The notes: generated from the letters alone by a model not told the origin. A stretch of 62,238 bases of DNA, filler included, from Hausera hauseri (GCA_046269625.1; 9 parts of 9 records of this genome joined end to end with filler, not necessarily neighbours in it), one strand, 5' to 3'. Shown: positions 48,073 through 62,238, counted from the first letter of the whole stretch. Numbers and translations: made by a program.

Positions 48073-51000
48073 TTAGTGAGGGTTTTCGACCCCTAATATG
48101 TCAGTGCCACTGTGATGCGGTTCCATTCCCGGTTCCTTGTCCCAGGGTCGTAGGTCAGGATGCGTAGCACTCGGGGCCACCGCGACATGCCTCTGGCACC
48201 AAAGTGCACACTTTCGTTTCCTTTTTCTACCAAAATAAACATCAATATGCATATAACACATACGCATACACAACACCATAACTTCTCCACTCATTCAACA
48301 CAAAACATCTATCTTTTAAAAACTTCTACCTCCATCTCAACGGTTTTCTTCATCCAACAGGCGATTCACCTCTTTTCATGCCTTTCCGATATGTTTCCTC
48401 CATTATTTGCATCACACCCAGACTTTTTGGTGGCTCTGATATTAATTCCGACACATCGGAAACGAAAAATACACATACAATTCCAATCGTCCACCTTACA
48501 AAATCCGCCACCAACACTACTTTCCAATGCGTAGATTTCTTCCTTGACAATCAAAACTCACCTCGTACCTGGTTAGATTTTCATACCCGCTGGCCCAATG
48601 CACACAAACTCACTGATCCGTTTCTTAAAGCCTGTAGCTTGCTCGTCTACTTGACTTCCTCTTTAAAGTCACGCCTTCAAACCTATCTGACATTTTCACA
48701 GAAGCTGACCCCTACAACTCCTCTACTCTGCAATACTGAAACTTACTGAACCTTCTATTGACTAAATAATCCAAAAATACTTTAATAACAACACCTTGGG
48801 CAATACCAAACCCTCCGACTTTCTTCAAACTTCTTTATCGCAACTGAGCACGCTAGGCGTAACACAATCAACCAATTCCGATCTCTTAAGACGCCGCTTT
48901 CTGCAATCCTTGCCCAAGGAAATTCGAGCTCTTCTAACTGTCGTGGAGGACAGTGCGTCACTGGAAAAATTGGAACAGTTTGCTGACAAAAGCTTTGATA
49001 TACTACTCAGTCAAACTCAACCCAAAATTGCAATAGCACTGACAACACCAGCAATACACAATCAAAACACAATATCAAACATTGATAATCAGTTTCAATC
49101 ATTGCACAGAGAGAATGTAACACTACGACAAGCAATCACAGCCATCACAGATAAGCTCAATCAAATTTCAATGCCACGCAGATCTTTTTCTGGGAATCAA
49201 CGGCTTCCACAAGATCGAATCGTTTTTCGCGCAACAGTTGTCCTGTGCTCGGTCCAACCTGTTTTTTACTCCAAATTTAAGCAAGACGCAATTAAATACT
49301 GCATAGTATGCAGATTTTACAATCAAAGCTTTATATCAAATGACACGGCCTGCATTTATCACAATAAATGACGCGACAATGCTCGCAAGTGCATATCAGG
49401 TTGTAACTTTTACAATTCTTCGGCAGTCAAACTCAACAACATTTTCAAAAAACCAACCACGCAACCAGAAGTCACGGCAACCTCTGGTCATGGTTCAAAC
49501 GCTTCATTAAACAGCCGTAACTCATTCTTTGCTGTCTTTAAACTGCAAGCCACCATTATGTCTAAATATTCTGCCGCCAATTTCCTCATTGATACTGGAG
49601 CTGCAATCTCACTCCTTCCTCTCTCTCTTATGAATCGCAAAAATCTTCTTCAAGCAGTTAATCCTTATTTACAGCCAATGATGAACCGTTGCACACCATT
49701 GGCACAGCACATCTTTCTTGTTATCTGCCAGATTTTTCCAAACCTTTTTCTTGGAAATTCATAATAGTCAATGTTTAAAGTCCAATCCTTGGATCAGACT
49801 TTCTTTCACATTACAATTTACTAGTCAATTGTAGACACAGTCGTTTGATGGTAAGCCCTTCCTCCAAAATTTTATCAGTTTCATCAGTTTTATATTCAAC
49901 TTCACCAGCGTGCGATTCAATTATAAAACCAAATATCAAATCAATTTTAAAAAATAAAAATGTTGTAAATAATCTTGTACATTATTATACCTCGAATACC
50001 TACATTTCGAACGTTGAGAGTAATGAGTCTTCCTCTTCAGGCGACATCATCTCAAAATTACCTTACTCAATGATCAAGTGTCCACGTCGTCATCATCTTT
50101 CATCCAACCCTTATCTGATCTTCAAGCATTGGTCACTACTCAATGCCCAAAAATTCTCAAAAAAAGATTCATTCTTTAAGCCTTCCCCCAACACATTTCA
50201 CCACATTGTTACTTTTCATCATCGTCAAATTAGGCAAAAGGTGCGCCTCTCTCACTACGTTGCAGAAAAGCCGTTGCTAAAAAGTTTCAGATTTTAGAGA
50301 ACGCTGGCATTATCAGACGTTCCAAATCACCATGGACATCACCTTTACACGTCGTGCCCAAGAAGGACGACACCTTCAGACATTGTGTTGACTATTGCCA
50401 GCTAAACACCATTGCAATTATGGACGCATATTTATTACTTCTGATTAACTACATCATGCACAGACTGCATGGTAAAACAATTTGTTTGTCCATCGATCTC
50501 CATAGGGCATATCAACAAATTCCTTTTGCTCCGGCTGACATACCGAAAACGGCTGTAATAACACCATTCGGTCTTTTCGAATATGTCTATATGCCTTTTG
50601 GGCTTCTCAGTACCTCACAGATATTCCAGAGACACATTGATACAGTTCTTGCCGGACTAGACTTTGCTTTCCCATATATAAACGACATTCTTTTCGCGTC
50701 GTCATCCCCCAAACAGCATGAGGAATATTTGTGCATAACTTTCCGACGCTTGCACCAGAACAACTTTGAAGTAAACTTTGCTAAATGCTGTTTTTTCCAA
50801 CATAGAATCAACTTTCTTGGACACGTTATCACCCAATCTGACCATTCTCCCCAACAAGATCGCATCACTCAACTCAAAAATGTCTAACTACCACGCACAT
50901 CAACAGAAATGCGCTCTTTCCTTGGAACGCTTCACTTCGTGCACAAGTATGTGCCTCACTGCTGAACACTCACGGCCCCATTCACCTCAGTGAGCTCCGG

Positions 51001-52680
51001 TAAGAAGAAACAGCTTATGCACTGGACTGTTGATTTAGTCAATTCTTTTGATTACCTCAAGGATAATTTAAGAACTGCGGAAATCCTTGCATACCTTGAT
51101 CCACATTCGGAACTTTTCTTAACAACTGACGCCTCCACAACAGCAGCAGGCACAGTACTGAATCAATTAAGTGACGGTTCCAATCAACCTCCTGAATTCT
51201 TTTCACGAAAATTCTCGAAAATCGAACAACGCTACTCGACTTTAGACAAGGAACTTCTTGCAATGATCCTAGCATTAAAGCATTTTAAACATCTAATTTC
51301 ACGCACATTCACCGTTCAAACGGACCATAAGCCTCTACTTCATATTCTCACCATGAAATCTCCATCTCCACATCAAGAGAGATAGATTACATATCTTTCA
51401 ACGTTCGCGTTCAAAATAAAACATATTCAGGGTTTGACAATTTAGTGGCTGATTTTTTGTCGCGCTCCGTCCACTCTATCACATTTGCACCCATTTTTGA
51501 TAGTGAGTTACTCTGACTGAACCTGTCAGACGAGTCTATTCTGTCCGCCTTCAAATCTTACAAAATCATTGATGGCGCAGCTTTTGACACCTAAAAACCT
51601 GGGTTTACTAAAGTTATTCTTTCACCTTATTTGAAAAAACCGCTTTCACCAATATCCATTCTTTGCACCATCCAGGATCAAAAGCTCCTTATCGCCTTCT
51701 TAAACGCCAAATGATGTAGTCATCAATGAAAACAGATGTGTAGGACTGGGTTAGAGAGTGTGTGGCATGACAGAAGTTTAAAGTAGCCAAACACCTCAAG
51801 CCGCCACTCTATTATTTTCCTTGCACATTACGTTTCGACACTGTCCACATCGACATAGTCGGACATCTTCCACCTGGCAACGGCCATAAATTCATTCTTA
51901 CGATGATGGGTCATGCTTCTAGATGTCAAGAAGCCGTTCCACTTTGCTCATCCAACACTGAGACCATTGCAGATGTCTTAATACGCACGTGGTTCAGCAG
52001 ATTCGGCTCACCTAAGCACATAATTACTGATCAAGGCCCTCAATTTGAGTCTAATTTTTCAAATCATTAGTAAATCGACTGGGGATCAAGCATATTCACA
52101 CAACACCTTATCGTCCTCTGTCGAATGGACTACTTGAGCGTTTTTATTATGCTATGAAAATCTCCCTTAAAATTCTAGTCGACTATATCAACACTGGAAA
52201 AACCTTCTTCCTTACGGAACACCCCATCCACAACTACTGGCTGCTTTCTGCCCGAGGCATTCTTTTGTACACCAGTGCGTGCATTGTTCGAGTTGGCAAA
52301 GTGCGATGAAACACCCACAAACAAAACTATCCGGGCTGCGCAGGAGCACTTTGTTGCACTGAATATCGATTTGTTTTACAGAATTTTAAATCACAACAAA
52401 CCATACATTCTTAACACTCTATATGCAGTCAAATTTGTCTGACTGAAGAATTCAGTGTCGCATGGGTTCCAGCCTCAGTAGGTTGAGCCTTTCAAGTTAA
52501 TTCGTTTGAATTCACATACTGCTATAATCCTCAAAAGAGGAAAATAATGCTCATTGCACATCACTAACATTAAACCAGAATTCTTTATCGATAATAACTC
52601 TGATTATTCTGTTCCGCTTCGCATCAATTCCTTTCTTAATGTTTTTACCTAGCCTTCTATTCCACCTCGCAACAAACCTC
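48073..52680 (+). mobile_element. Gypsy LTR retrotransposon (CsRn1-like), copy 2, degraded
   Basis: UBL ending ITPRLFGG (48434); Gag LGNTKPSDFL..LLRRRFLQSLP; protease LIDTGA; RT (IPKTAVITPFGLFEY.YMPFGL, YIND); RNase H TTDAS / DKELLA; integrase remnants. Confidence 0.9.
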
Positions 52681-53272
52681 AGTAGTAGGATGTGAATACA
52701 TAGTGCCAATACCCCTCCCCAGGGAAGGAAAATTGATGTGATTCGCGCATGAGTCATGGGGTAGAAAAATGATACACATGCACGGTTAATAGGGCGGAGA
52801 TAGGAAACACACAGTCACAAAGTGGATACACATAAGCATGCGTACGGCATGGATTTGGAGTGCTTTGAAAAATTTGAATTTGGCGCGTAAAAAATTTGTT
52901 TAAATTTTAATTGTGAACGAAGCATTTTCTGGCGCAGATTGGGTTTCACTATTCCCACCCGTTTTGTTTAACTTTTGGTGGTCAGGTATAAATATAGACC
53001 TTGAAAATCGCATAGCGTTGATTCAAGTAATAGTACGACAAATGGTATGGTTTTAAATCTGTTATCCGAACTAATTTATATATTTAGAATTACAAAATAG
53101 ACTTAAAAGCTCAAATTAAACGTCTCACAAATGAAATATGCAGTGGGAGAATAGAATGTGTCCAATTTCTTAATGAACTGGACAGCAATACTTTCTGTCA
53201 AAAGAAGACTATGTAGAACTTGTTGTTCGATCGATATTGATGACAAACATTAGAGATGAATTTAGAAAAAGA
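52681..53272 (+). mobile_element. candidate Polinton-like left terminus interrupting the Gypsy 3' region
   Basis: Abrupt switch at AGTAGTAGG (52681) to non-Gypsy sequence, then TATAAATA near 52987, an ATG, a 43-nt intron and a short ORF. Confidence 0.35.
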
Positions 53273-54474
53273 NNNNNNNNNNNNNNNNNNNNNNNNNNNN
53301 NNNNNNNNNNNNNNNNTTAATTAATTAANNNNNNNNNNNNNNNNNNNNNNNNNNNNNNNNNNNNNNNNNNNNCGAATAGTGCAGCACACTTTCGAAGTGC
53401 TAAAATAGATGGTGCACTGGGGGAGGGGGTTGATCTCACTTGGTAAAGAATTAAAAAAATTGAAAAAAAATGTAAAAAAGGTAAAAATAAATTAAAAAAA
53501 TTGATTATTGAATATTGATTATCGATCCTGGGGGGTTTGGTGGCATGCTGTCACATCCCTCTACTACTTAGCCTTTCAACAGGTGCTGAGTTTAAGGCTG
53601 AATCTTTAATACTTACTAACAATACCACGAGTGTATTTAAGAATACTATGGCATTAATTTTTCAAACCGCATTAAAAGATGTAAACAATCCAGATGACAT
53701 TGACACTTTTGAACACCAAATTTCTCCAGATCTACTTTTACTCAAACGAGTCGTTAGTTACTTGGAACCAGACCATTACAAACACATATCAATTCAAATA
53801 TCAATTACAAATTTTCATGACATCGCAAAAAACCGTCTGACTCACAAACTGCACCATCTTTCGCACCATTTCTTATATCCATGAATTACTAATTGCTTAT
53901 CATCAGTCTATAAACACCTTGTTTAAAATGAAAGTCGCGTATTGCACTTACAAATCGAATTTTACACTGCTCAAAACACCATGTAACTCCGCCAATATAC
54001 TTCTTATCCCTAAGAAACTGTATGCTAACCTCAAATTTTTCTATACACCAAAGATATTTACTGCAAACTCGGAACAGTATTGCTGTTCATTGTGTAAAAG
54101 CTCTCATGGTAGTAATGCATTTCACTACCTTATCAACATTTACATAGTTCTGCACGCTTCGCCTAATAATAAATGGTCACCCTCCAACGATACCAAGCTA
54201 TTCCCCAAATCCCCAAAAATTATAATCCTGTACTTATACTACGAAATTATGTCAAATACTCAATCAACGCCTGTTATTCTTGGAATCTCACCTGTTTTTG
54301 CGTTGTCGGCCCATAATTTCCAAACCAGTATATTTCTATCGAGAACTAAAATCCATTAGTCATATAAATACATACGAATATTCCAGAAAACCACACTTTC
54401 AAACCCTACCAAAGCAGCTCATTCAAGTTCATTGGTTGGAGCAACAAATAGCGCAACCAACCTCTCACCTACGA

Positions 54475-57403
54475 GCGTTGACTGCGGCATGGCGACACTT
54501 CCCGCAGCTCTGTTCGCTGCGCAACCAAGGCGCTGCCTGGTTGAGAGTCTGACCACGCCCGCCCCTACGCGCTCCAACATTCTCCCGGCATTATATTACA
54601 TTCCCTTTTTTATTTTTTTTAACAACAAACATGTATATACACTAAGTGCTACATACACACATTCTACACACACTCTTTACTCTTTATTATCTTCTTTGTT
54701 CGGCACCTTCGACTTTTACTTCATGCATAATGGTTTGATCCTGCTCTCTTCCGACTCTATCATCCTTTGCACTTTGCAAACATCCGATAATTCATCTCAC
54801 TGTTCATTGTCGCATCCGGGCATATCGGACCCTGATCCTTCTTCTTGTTTCAGCACACTCAAAATGGACTCTAATTTTAAGCCTCTAACAACAATTTATC
54901 ACCATATAGTTACCCATTATCAAAGATCTATCAAACAAAAGATCGGGCCATTATCACCTCTTAGACGAAAAGCCGTGGAATCGGAGTTTAATGAACTCGA
55001 AAAATCTGATATCATTCGTAGGTCAAAATCGCCATGGGCCTCACCATTGCATGTAGTAGCAAAAAAGATTGCACTTTTCGGCCATGTTGCTACTACCTTC
55101 AAGTAAACAATCTAACCATCATGGATGCTTACCCGTTACCTCTCATAAAGGACATCCTGCACAGTCGTAACAACACTAATAAGTATTCCACAATCGACCT
55201 GCACAAAGCCTATCATCAAATTTCAGTAGCATCTGTCGATATTCCAAAGACTGCTGTTATTACTCCATTCGGCCTCTATGAGTACACCTTTATGTCATTT
55301 GGCTTACGTAGCGCTTCCAAAAACTTTTCAACGACATATTGATATTGTTCTCTCAGTCCTTGACTTTGCTCATCCATATATTAATGACATATTAGTTTCC
55401 TCCACATCTGTTAAACAACATCAAGAACACCTCCGTATTATCTTTTACAGACTACATCACAGCAATTTACAAGTCAATTTCTCCAAGTGCCACTTCCTTC
55501 AAAAACACGTTAATTTCTTAGGCCACATCATTACTCCTCACGGCCACTCTCCAAAACCGGATCGTCTACGGCAATTGAAAAACATAACGCTACCAACTAC
55601 TACTATAAATATGATGAGTTTTTTAGGCACACTCTATTTCATCCGTAAATACATACCGCATTGCGCTGAGCTTACAGTACTTTTCGCATATCTATCATCC
55701 GGAAAAAAGGCAGTTAATTTACTGGACTCCTAATTTAGTCACCAATTTCGATCACTTACGCGAAGGCCTAAAAACCGCCGAAATACTGGCTTATCCAAAA
55801 CCCAACGCAAATCTAATACTTATCATCGATGCCTCTACCACAGCTGCCGGTGCAGTACTACACCAGATTTCCAACGGCGTCGACGAACCAACAGAATTTT
55901 ACTCCCGAAAACTCACACAACCCGAAAGCCGTAACTCAGCATTTGGCCGTGAGTTACTCGCCATAGTTTTGGCAGTAAAATATATCAAACACCTACTTTT
56001 CTCTCGTCCATTCGTTATCCAAACTGATGACAAGCCTCTCATGCACATCATTTTTCTAAAACAGCCATCACCAAGGCAAGAAAAACATATATCATACCTA
56101 TCTGCATTCAGTTTTGTTTTAAAATACATTTCAGGTACAGACAATTTAGTCGCAGATTTTCTGTCGAGGTCGGTTGGCTCCATTACAGTTGAGCCGATCT
56201 TCTCATCCAAAATCTTAAAGGCCAATCAACCATCTGCTGACTTCCTTAGCTCCTTTAGATTCTTTGAGATCATTGATGGCATTGTATATGATACGTCAAA
56301 CTTCGTTAATAAAAAGATCATTCTAACTACACCTTTACAAAAGTCAGCTTCCCTTTATACGCATTCATTCCATTATCCGGGTTCGAAAGCAACCTTTAGG
56401 CTGCTTCAACATCATGTAGTTTGGCCATCAATGCTCAAAAATGTACCGGGCTGGGTCAAGGAATGCGTATCCTGTCAAAAATACAAAATCAGCAAACACC
56501 TTAAACCGCCGCTTTACCATTTACCCTGTACATCACGTTTTCATACCGTTCATCTTGATCTCGTTGGCCCTTTACCCTCTGACAACAGGTATCAACATAT
56601 TCTTACTATGATGGATCGTGCTTCTCGTTGGCCTGAAGCCGTTCCTCCCCGTTCAACGAACACTGATTCAGTAGCCGACGCCTTCATAAAAATCTGGATC
56701 AGTCGTTTTGGTTTCCCTCGTTATATAATAACGGATCAAGGTCCACAATTTGAATAGGAACTCTTCAAATCACTTGTTAAACACTTGGGGATATCCCATT
56801 TCCACACAACATCATATCATCCTCAAGCAAATGGCCTCCTTGAAAGGTTCCATCGAAAAATGAAAATTTCTTTAAAAATATTGGCTGACATTCATCGTAA
56901 TTGGACGTCCATTCTACCATTTGTTCTACTAGAGTGGCGCAACACACCCTCCACCACTACCGGTTGTGGTCCAGCCGAGGCACTTTTTGGGACTCCAATA
57001 CGGGCTATGTTTGAACTTTCCAACCTTGACGACAATTCGACAGACGAAAACATTCGTGCGGCATAATCTCATTTCGTCGAGGTCAGCTCAGACTCGTCCT
57101 GTCGTCTCTTTAACAATAACAAACAGTACATTCCGAAGGATTTATACTCCGCCAAGTTTGTGTGGCTGAAGGATCAATCGCCTTCGGGTTTTCGATCTCA
57201 ATATGTTGGCCTATACAGACTCCTTAATCTCTCATTTCATACAGCTACCATCGTACGCCAAGACAAACCTTACAACGTCCACATTTCGAATCTGAAGTCC
57301 ACTTTCTTCACCGATGACAATCCGGATGCCAATTCTACTTCCAACTCGAACTCAACTCTTACTCCTTCAATTCCATCCTTAAACTTTCTCCATGACTTTG
57401 CTC
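54475..57403 (+). mobile_element. Gypsy copy 3 with internal deletion of Gag core and protease
   Basis: Closely parallels copy 1 in the UBL (54603-54822) and in RT-RH-IN (SPWASPLHVV, YPLP, YIND, LDLVGPLP, TDQGPQFE, ERFHR), but jumps from the UBL to pre-RT at about 54840. Confidence 0.9.
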
Positions 57404-60400
57404 NNNNNNNNNNNNNNNNNNNNNNNNNNNNNNNNNNNNNNNNNNNNTTAATTAATTAANNNNNNNNNNNNNNNNNNNNNNNNNNNNNNNNNNNNNNNNN
57501 NNNCAAAACAAGGAATCGTGTCTGTTAATTACTACATAAATAATTTCAGCAGTAAGCTCAAACATTTTCAGTTTAGAAAGAAAGAGTGAGTTTCCAGAAC
57601 AACAATGCTGTAGTGTGCAATATAAGAGTTTTTCTACTCATATCGCCCTAATGTCTTTACAAGATTGTCTTTGATCCACAGTCACTGAGCGTCAACTCTT
57701 GTTGATCACTACAAGATATGAAGCTCTTGCTATGTTGTTCACTGTGTGATCAGTGCTAGTCAACATTTCACACCAGGTATACATTCCAAATAACATAAAT
57801 GTAACCACAAATTGGCTAACTTGCTGGCTACACACACACTTGTGTTAAAATAACTTTGTTGTGCTAAACAATGGTTTATGTTTATTTTCTGGTCAGTAAT
57901 ATGGAAGAGCACTGACCAAACAAGTTCTGTCAGTTGGTGGCTTGACTTGGACTACAGCCAGAGGAAAAAGCAAAAGATAGATACATCTGGATGACTCTCT
58001 CTTTCATATATTATCAGCCCCATAAGTCAATGATACCAAGGGTGCAAAGATATAGCAGCGACTAAACACGAAGCAAAACAATTAACATTATCTTCACATT
58101 TCGTATAATTTGTACTATTGAGATGCCGATTCTTCCTCTTAATCATCGTTTGGTCAAGCATGATTATCACGGATTACTTGGATGATTTCTTCATTCATCA
58201 CCATCTCATCCGCTCGAAACTTGTCATCTTCAGCTAGTTACTGCTCGTGAGAAATCTCAGTTTGAGACGATCTGCTTTTGTACTCGACGCGTGTCTTTTA
58301 CTCACGAGAGTGAATGCGTAGTTGATGTGTCACGACGATTATGCTGCTTTATTTGTCATTATGTGTGTAAGTGACTGCTGATACTCTACTCGATTTTTCT
58401 ATATCTATTGGCAAAGTATAATTGAAGAATTCAGGCCTAGCAAACATCTCCCTCATTCCAATGGTGGCAGTATTCTCTTGTCTGCTACTAATCAAAGCCT
58501 AATTAGACTCAAGAAGGAGAGAAAAAAAACAATAAGCCAAAATTTACTCCAATCAATCCTGCCAATCTGGTTCACACTTTTTGCATAATCAACAATTCAC
58601 CAATTAAAATTTTCTTTATATGACGTTATGTCTCGGCTACCTCTTTTCATGGCATTCGAAATGGTATATTAAGTTTGAGTACAGCTTACTGCTTAACCGT
58701 ACGAGATTTATTACTTATATAGTCTGATAATTTCGACGGTTCAAATATCAATTTTAACTCTAATGCAGTTTAAGTGAACCATCAGACAAAGGTCATTACT
58801 TCTAAATGCACATTTTGATGCCTTTCTTTATTCAAATATGTAAACTATTTTTACCCATACAGAAATTTCTGATTTCTGGACAATAAATAATTTCCCAATT
58901 GGAAATAAAAAATGCACAAAATTACAATGTTTTTATTTAATAAACTAATGAATACATAAATGTCAGATATTACAAACAACTTTTTGTTCCATGCCACATG
59001 ATAAGTTTATAGGTGTAGAAATTTGATTTTACGACCTTAAACTTATTCTCTATCTTTTACCGTCTGAGGGTTCTCCTTTCCTCAGACTTTCTATTATTAT
59101 ATATCGGTCTATAGCAACCTGTGGGTTGCCGATAACTTTACTTAATTTATTTAAACTTACGGTGTGAGTCACGTCAGGGGACACATTGGCAATCCTCCCC
59201 CTTATTTGTATGATTTTTACAACCGGATTTTACTGTCCGGTATATCAAAAAGGTGGATCCCGAAATTAATTACTTAATCTATTGCAATACTTAATGTTAT
59301 TACTAATGTATGGATTCAAAATAAGATGTTAAATGTCCAATTAAACCAAACTAAAACGTTAAATAAATGTACTTTATTACTTTTAAAATAAACAATATAA
59401 ATCAATACACATATATCTTTAAGAATAAATGGTATAAATCAATGTAGAAATACTTACAAGAATCATAAAAGTATGGCACCATCATCAGAAATACTAGGTT
59501 TTATAGATAAGAGATTCTGTTATATTATTTCAATAATGCAATTTGAGAAAGAAAAATGCAAATACAATTCCAATAACGTATAAAATAAAACATAGATTTT
59601 CAGAACGTACAAGAAATTATGTGAAAATAAATCTGCACTAAACTAAACAGTTTTGTGCTAAATCATAATTTCAAAAGGTTTATGTTAATTTCAATTGTTT
59701 ATTATTTTGACCAAAATCAGTTAATCGTCGATTGATGACATTTAATTGTTATCGCCATTCAATCGTTGTCGCGCGATAGTCCGACAAATTTATGCACGAA
59801 AAAATATTTATCTAAGTCATGAAATGTAGAATATAATGAAATACTGACTTCTATGACTTTTAACCACATACATCCGTACTGACCGGAACATTATGAAATA
59901 ATTTTTGCTTTTATTGTCTTTCGTCAAATATCTTCAAACTGCTTCGATTTTAGTTAACACAGTATTAGTAGATCGCGTCTCTACCATCCCAACCTCAACC
60001 TGACTTGATGATTGTAAAACAGAATTATCCATATGAGATTTATTATAAAAGTTTGTATAACAATTATCTCCATCACTCATTAAATGAGTTTTATTTTCAT
60101 CCTTTTCTGAATTTCCTGACTTTCTATTGGCTATTTATTGAATTAACTTTGAATTGAATTTAAACATTAATATCCGTTTAAATTCCTCTTCGCAAAAACA
60201 AAGTATAGATTTATAGAAATTGTATTCGCCTTTTGACTAATTTTCAAGTAATTATCAATTTAGGCGTCTTTGATGTTGTGTTATTCAATATTCAACCGCC
60301 AGTATATTATCGTTGTGTAAATCCAAAATGTACAAAAAGAAATATTTACCATCGATTACTGAATGAATAATGTTTAGTTTTATAGAAAATTTCACTAAGG

Positions 60401-61616
60401 CTTATAACAAAAATAGATTAGCCAAATTCATAACAAAAGAGGAATTATCGAGTGGTCAGGTTCATAATTAATAATGAACAAAAACAATGATAATTTAATG
60501 AAATTAATTAAAATAATACAATTTGCTCAATTAATTTATCATAACCCATGCAATTACAAAATTGATTAATCAATCAACTTCAAGTCAATAATTATAGCAT
60601 GGAATAACTAAATGGAGTACTTGTCAGATTATTTGGGTTAAAACAATTAAACACACAAAGAGGATTAACAATTTCCGACTTTGGGTAAAACGTACAGAAG
60701 GCATTACAAATATGTGTAAGTTATATTAGCCAATTGTTACATATAATTTTACCCAAATGTTTAATATAATTTTATGATATTGCTATGAAATTTATTTTTT
60801 CGCCACTTAGCCAGACAAGTCATGAACACATGCGTATATAGACCATAAATAATTATGAAATAGTCGAAAATTAACTTCAGAAAAGGAACGATGCTATCAA
60901 AGTTCAAAATTTATAAAGGCAGTGGTTGGAGAAAGTGCAAAATGCTGTTACATTTAAAAGATCTAATTGCGTTATTTTGCATATCTTGACAAAAAGTATT
61001 TTTATACCAATAATCAGCACTATATTTTGCATGCTTCTGACTATTTGTTATTAAAGTCAGATTTACAGTAAATTTCGTTTTCTTGTTAGATGAAGATAGT
61101 TTTAAACACTTATTCAACATTGAATAAATATATCATTGTGTCAACGACTAATATTGGTATTATCATTTTGTTGAAATATTTCCAGTTATTAAAACACTCT
61201 TTGAAATTGAAATATTCGCACACTTATTACATTCCCAATAACATGGAATAATTCCCTCAGCAGATTAATGTGAACTAATAAACGATCAACAATATTAAAT
61301 GGGATGTTAATTGTGCGAAAAGCAGTTTGATTTTTGGCTGTTAATTTATTTGATTGGATTTGTTAAGTTTTATCGTTCTTTGGAATGTAGCCGTGTTGCC
61401 TCAGTTTTAATCAAAAGAAAGGAATAATAACGAACGATGTTTTACCTTTCTGGGCGTTTGAGTTCACCCAGAATAAAATCGACAATCTGGTTCGTGGATT
61501 TTTTAAGACAATTTGAATGAAAGACATTTGCATTCTTTAAAACTGACAAATATCTTCTCTGAGTCCAAAAGGTATAAAGGCGTGTTTATAAAACTAATCA
61601 CAAAAATTCAATCAAA

Positions 61617-61958
61617 TTGTATTTGCTGTGGCTAACATCTGATCTGTCCTAATAGCAACGGCCAAAGTTCTAAAGAAAATAATGTGCCTGTATGTGATAA
61701 GTTGTATATAGTAAATAAAAAGAACTATATAATATATTTGCAATTATTGATTATAAAAATTAAATTAATGACAAAATAAATGATGCAACAATTATATAAT
61801 AATGATAATTAAGTGATATAAATCTGATTATGGACATTCATCCATTTCATGTTATACTATATACTAGTTATTATTTATCACATATAGGTATATTTTATTT
61901 TTTCGAACCTTGGCCGTTGATATTAGTACAAGTCAGATGTTAGCCACAGTAAATCCAA
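61617..61958. mobile_element. MITE/foldback element with long imperfect TIRs (about 90 bp)
   Basis: ATTTGCTGTGGCTAACATCTGATCTGTCCTAATAGCAACGGCCAAAGTTC.. matches the reverse complement of 61870-61958 (ATTTACTGTGGCTAACATCTGACTTGTACTAATATCAACGGCCAAGGTTC..). Confidence 0.8.
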
Positions 61959-62238
61959 GTAAAAAATTTCGAAAGTGAAAAACGTACATGGCCGCTGTTT
62001 TTTTCTATTTTTAAATATTTAAACAAAAGTTCTATATATTTTTTGGTATAACAAGAAGGTTGATTGAGTCGGTTATATGGATTTGTAAATGTACAGATTT
62101 ATAACAGGCAGGTAAATTGACAGTATAAACTTTCCGGTGCACTTTATTTTATTCTTAATAGTAACGTAAGTACACGTATTTATGACCTAATTGAGCCAAC
62201 CGTTTCGCGACATTTTGTCACTCTTAGTTGAGATTCAT

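Noticed and set aside
58160-58470. DIRS-like RT remnant (TDYLDDFFI, QWWQ)
   Set aside because: Only isolated short motifs, with no continuous frame or other RT motifs.

Overview
This window is not one locus. It is nine unrelated eukaryotic contigs joined by artificial 100-nt spacers (N..TTAATTAATTAA..N), so adjacency across spacers means nothing. Most contigs are AT-rich, invertebrate-like and dominated by mobile elements; the organism cannot be identified from sequence alone. Contents: (1) a decayed Polinton/Maverick-like virion module (two penton paralogs, core protein, major capsid, adenain protease) and the start of a TRAF gene; (2) hATx- and hATm-type transposase relics; (3) a contig carrying fish-type repeats, with a multi-exon SET + tyrosine-recombinase (Crypton-type) element; (4) an intact two-ORF CR1/L2-group LINE; (5, 7, 8) three CsRn1-like Gypsy copies; (5) a decayed polyprotein with LRR-like, ubiquitin-like and chuvirus-like glycoprotein parts; (6) a contig with an exact 77-bp terminal overlap, carrying a TRAF pseudogene and TE fragments; (9) mostly non-coding DNA with a MITE. 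The most striking observation is that all three Gypsy copies begin Gag with a ubiquitin-like domain. Two end in di-Gly (RMRGG, RLFGG) and the third is degraded at that site, which suggests a host-DUB-cleavable UBL-Gag precursor. All family calls come from motif recognition by eye; no database search was run.
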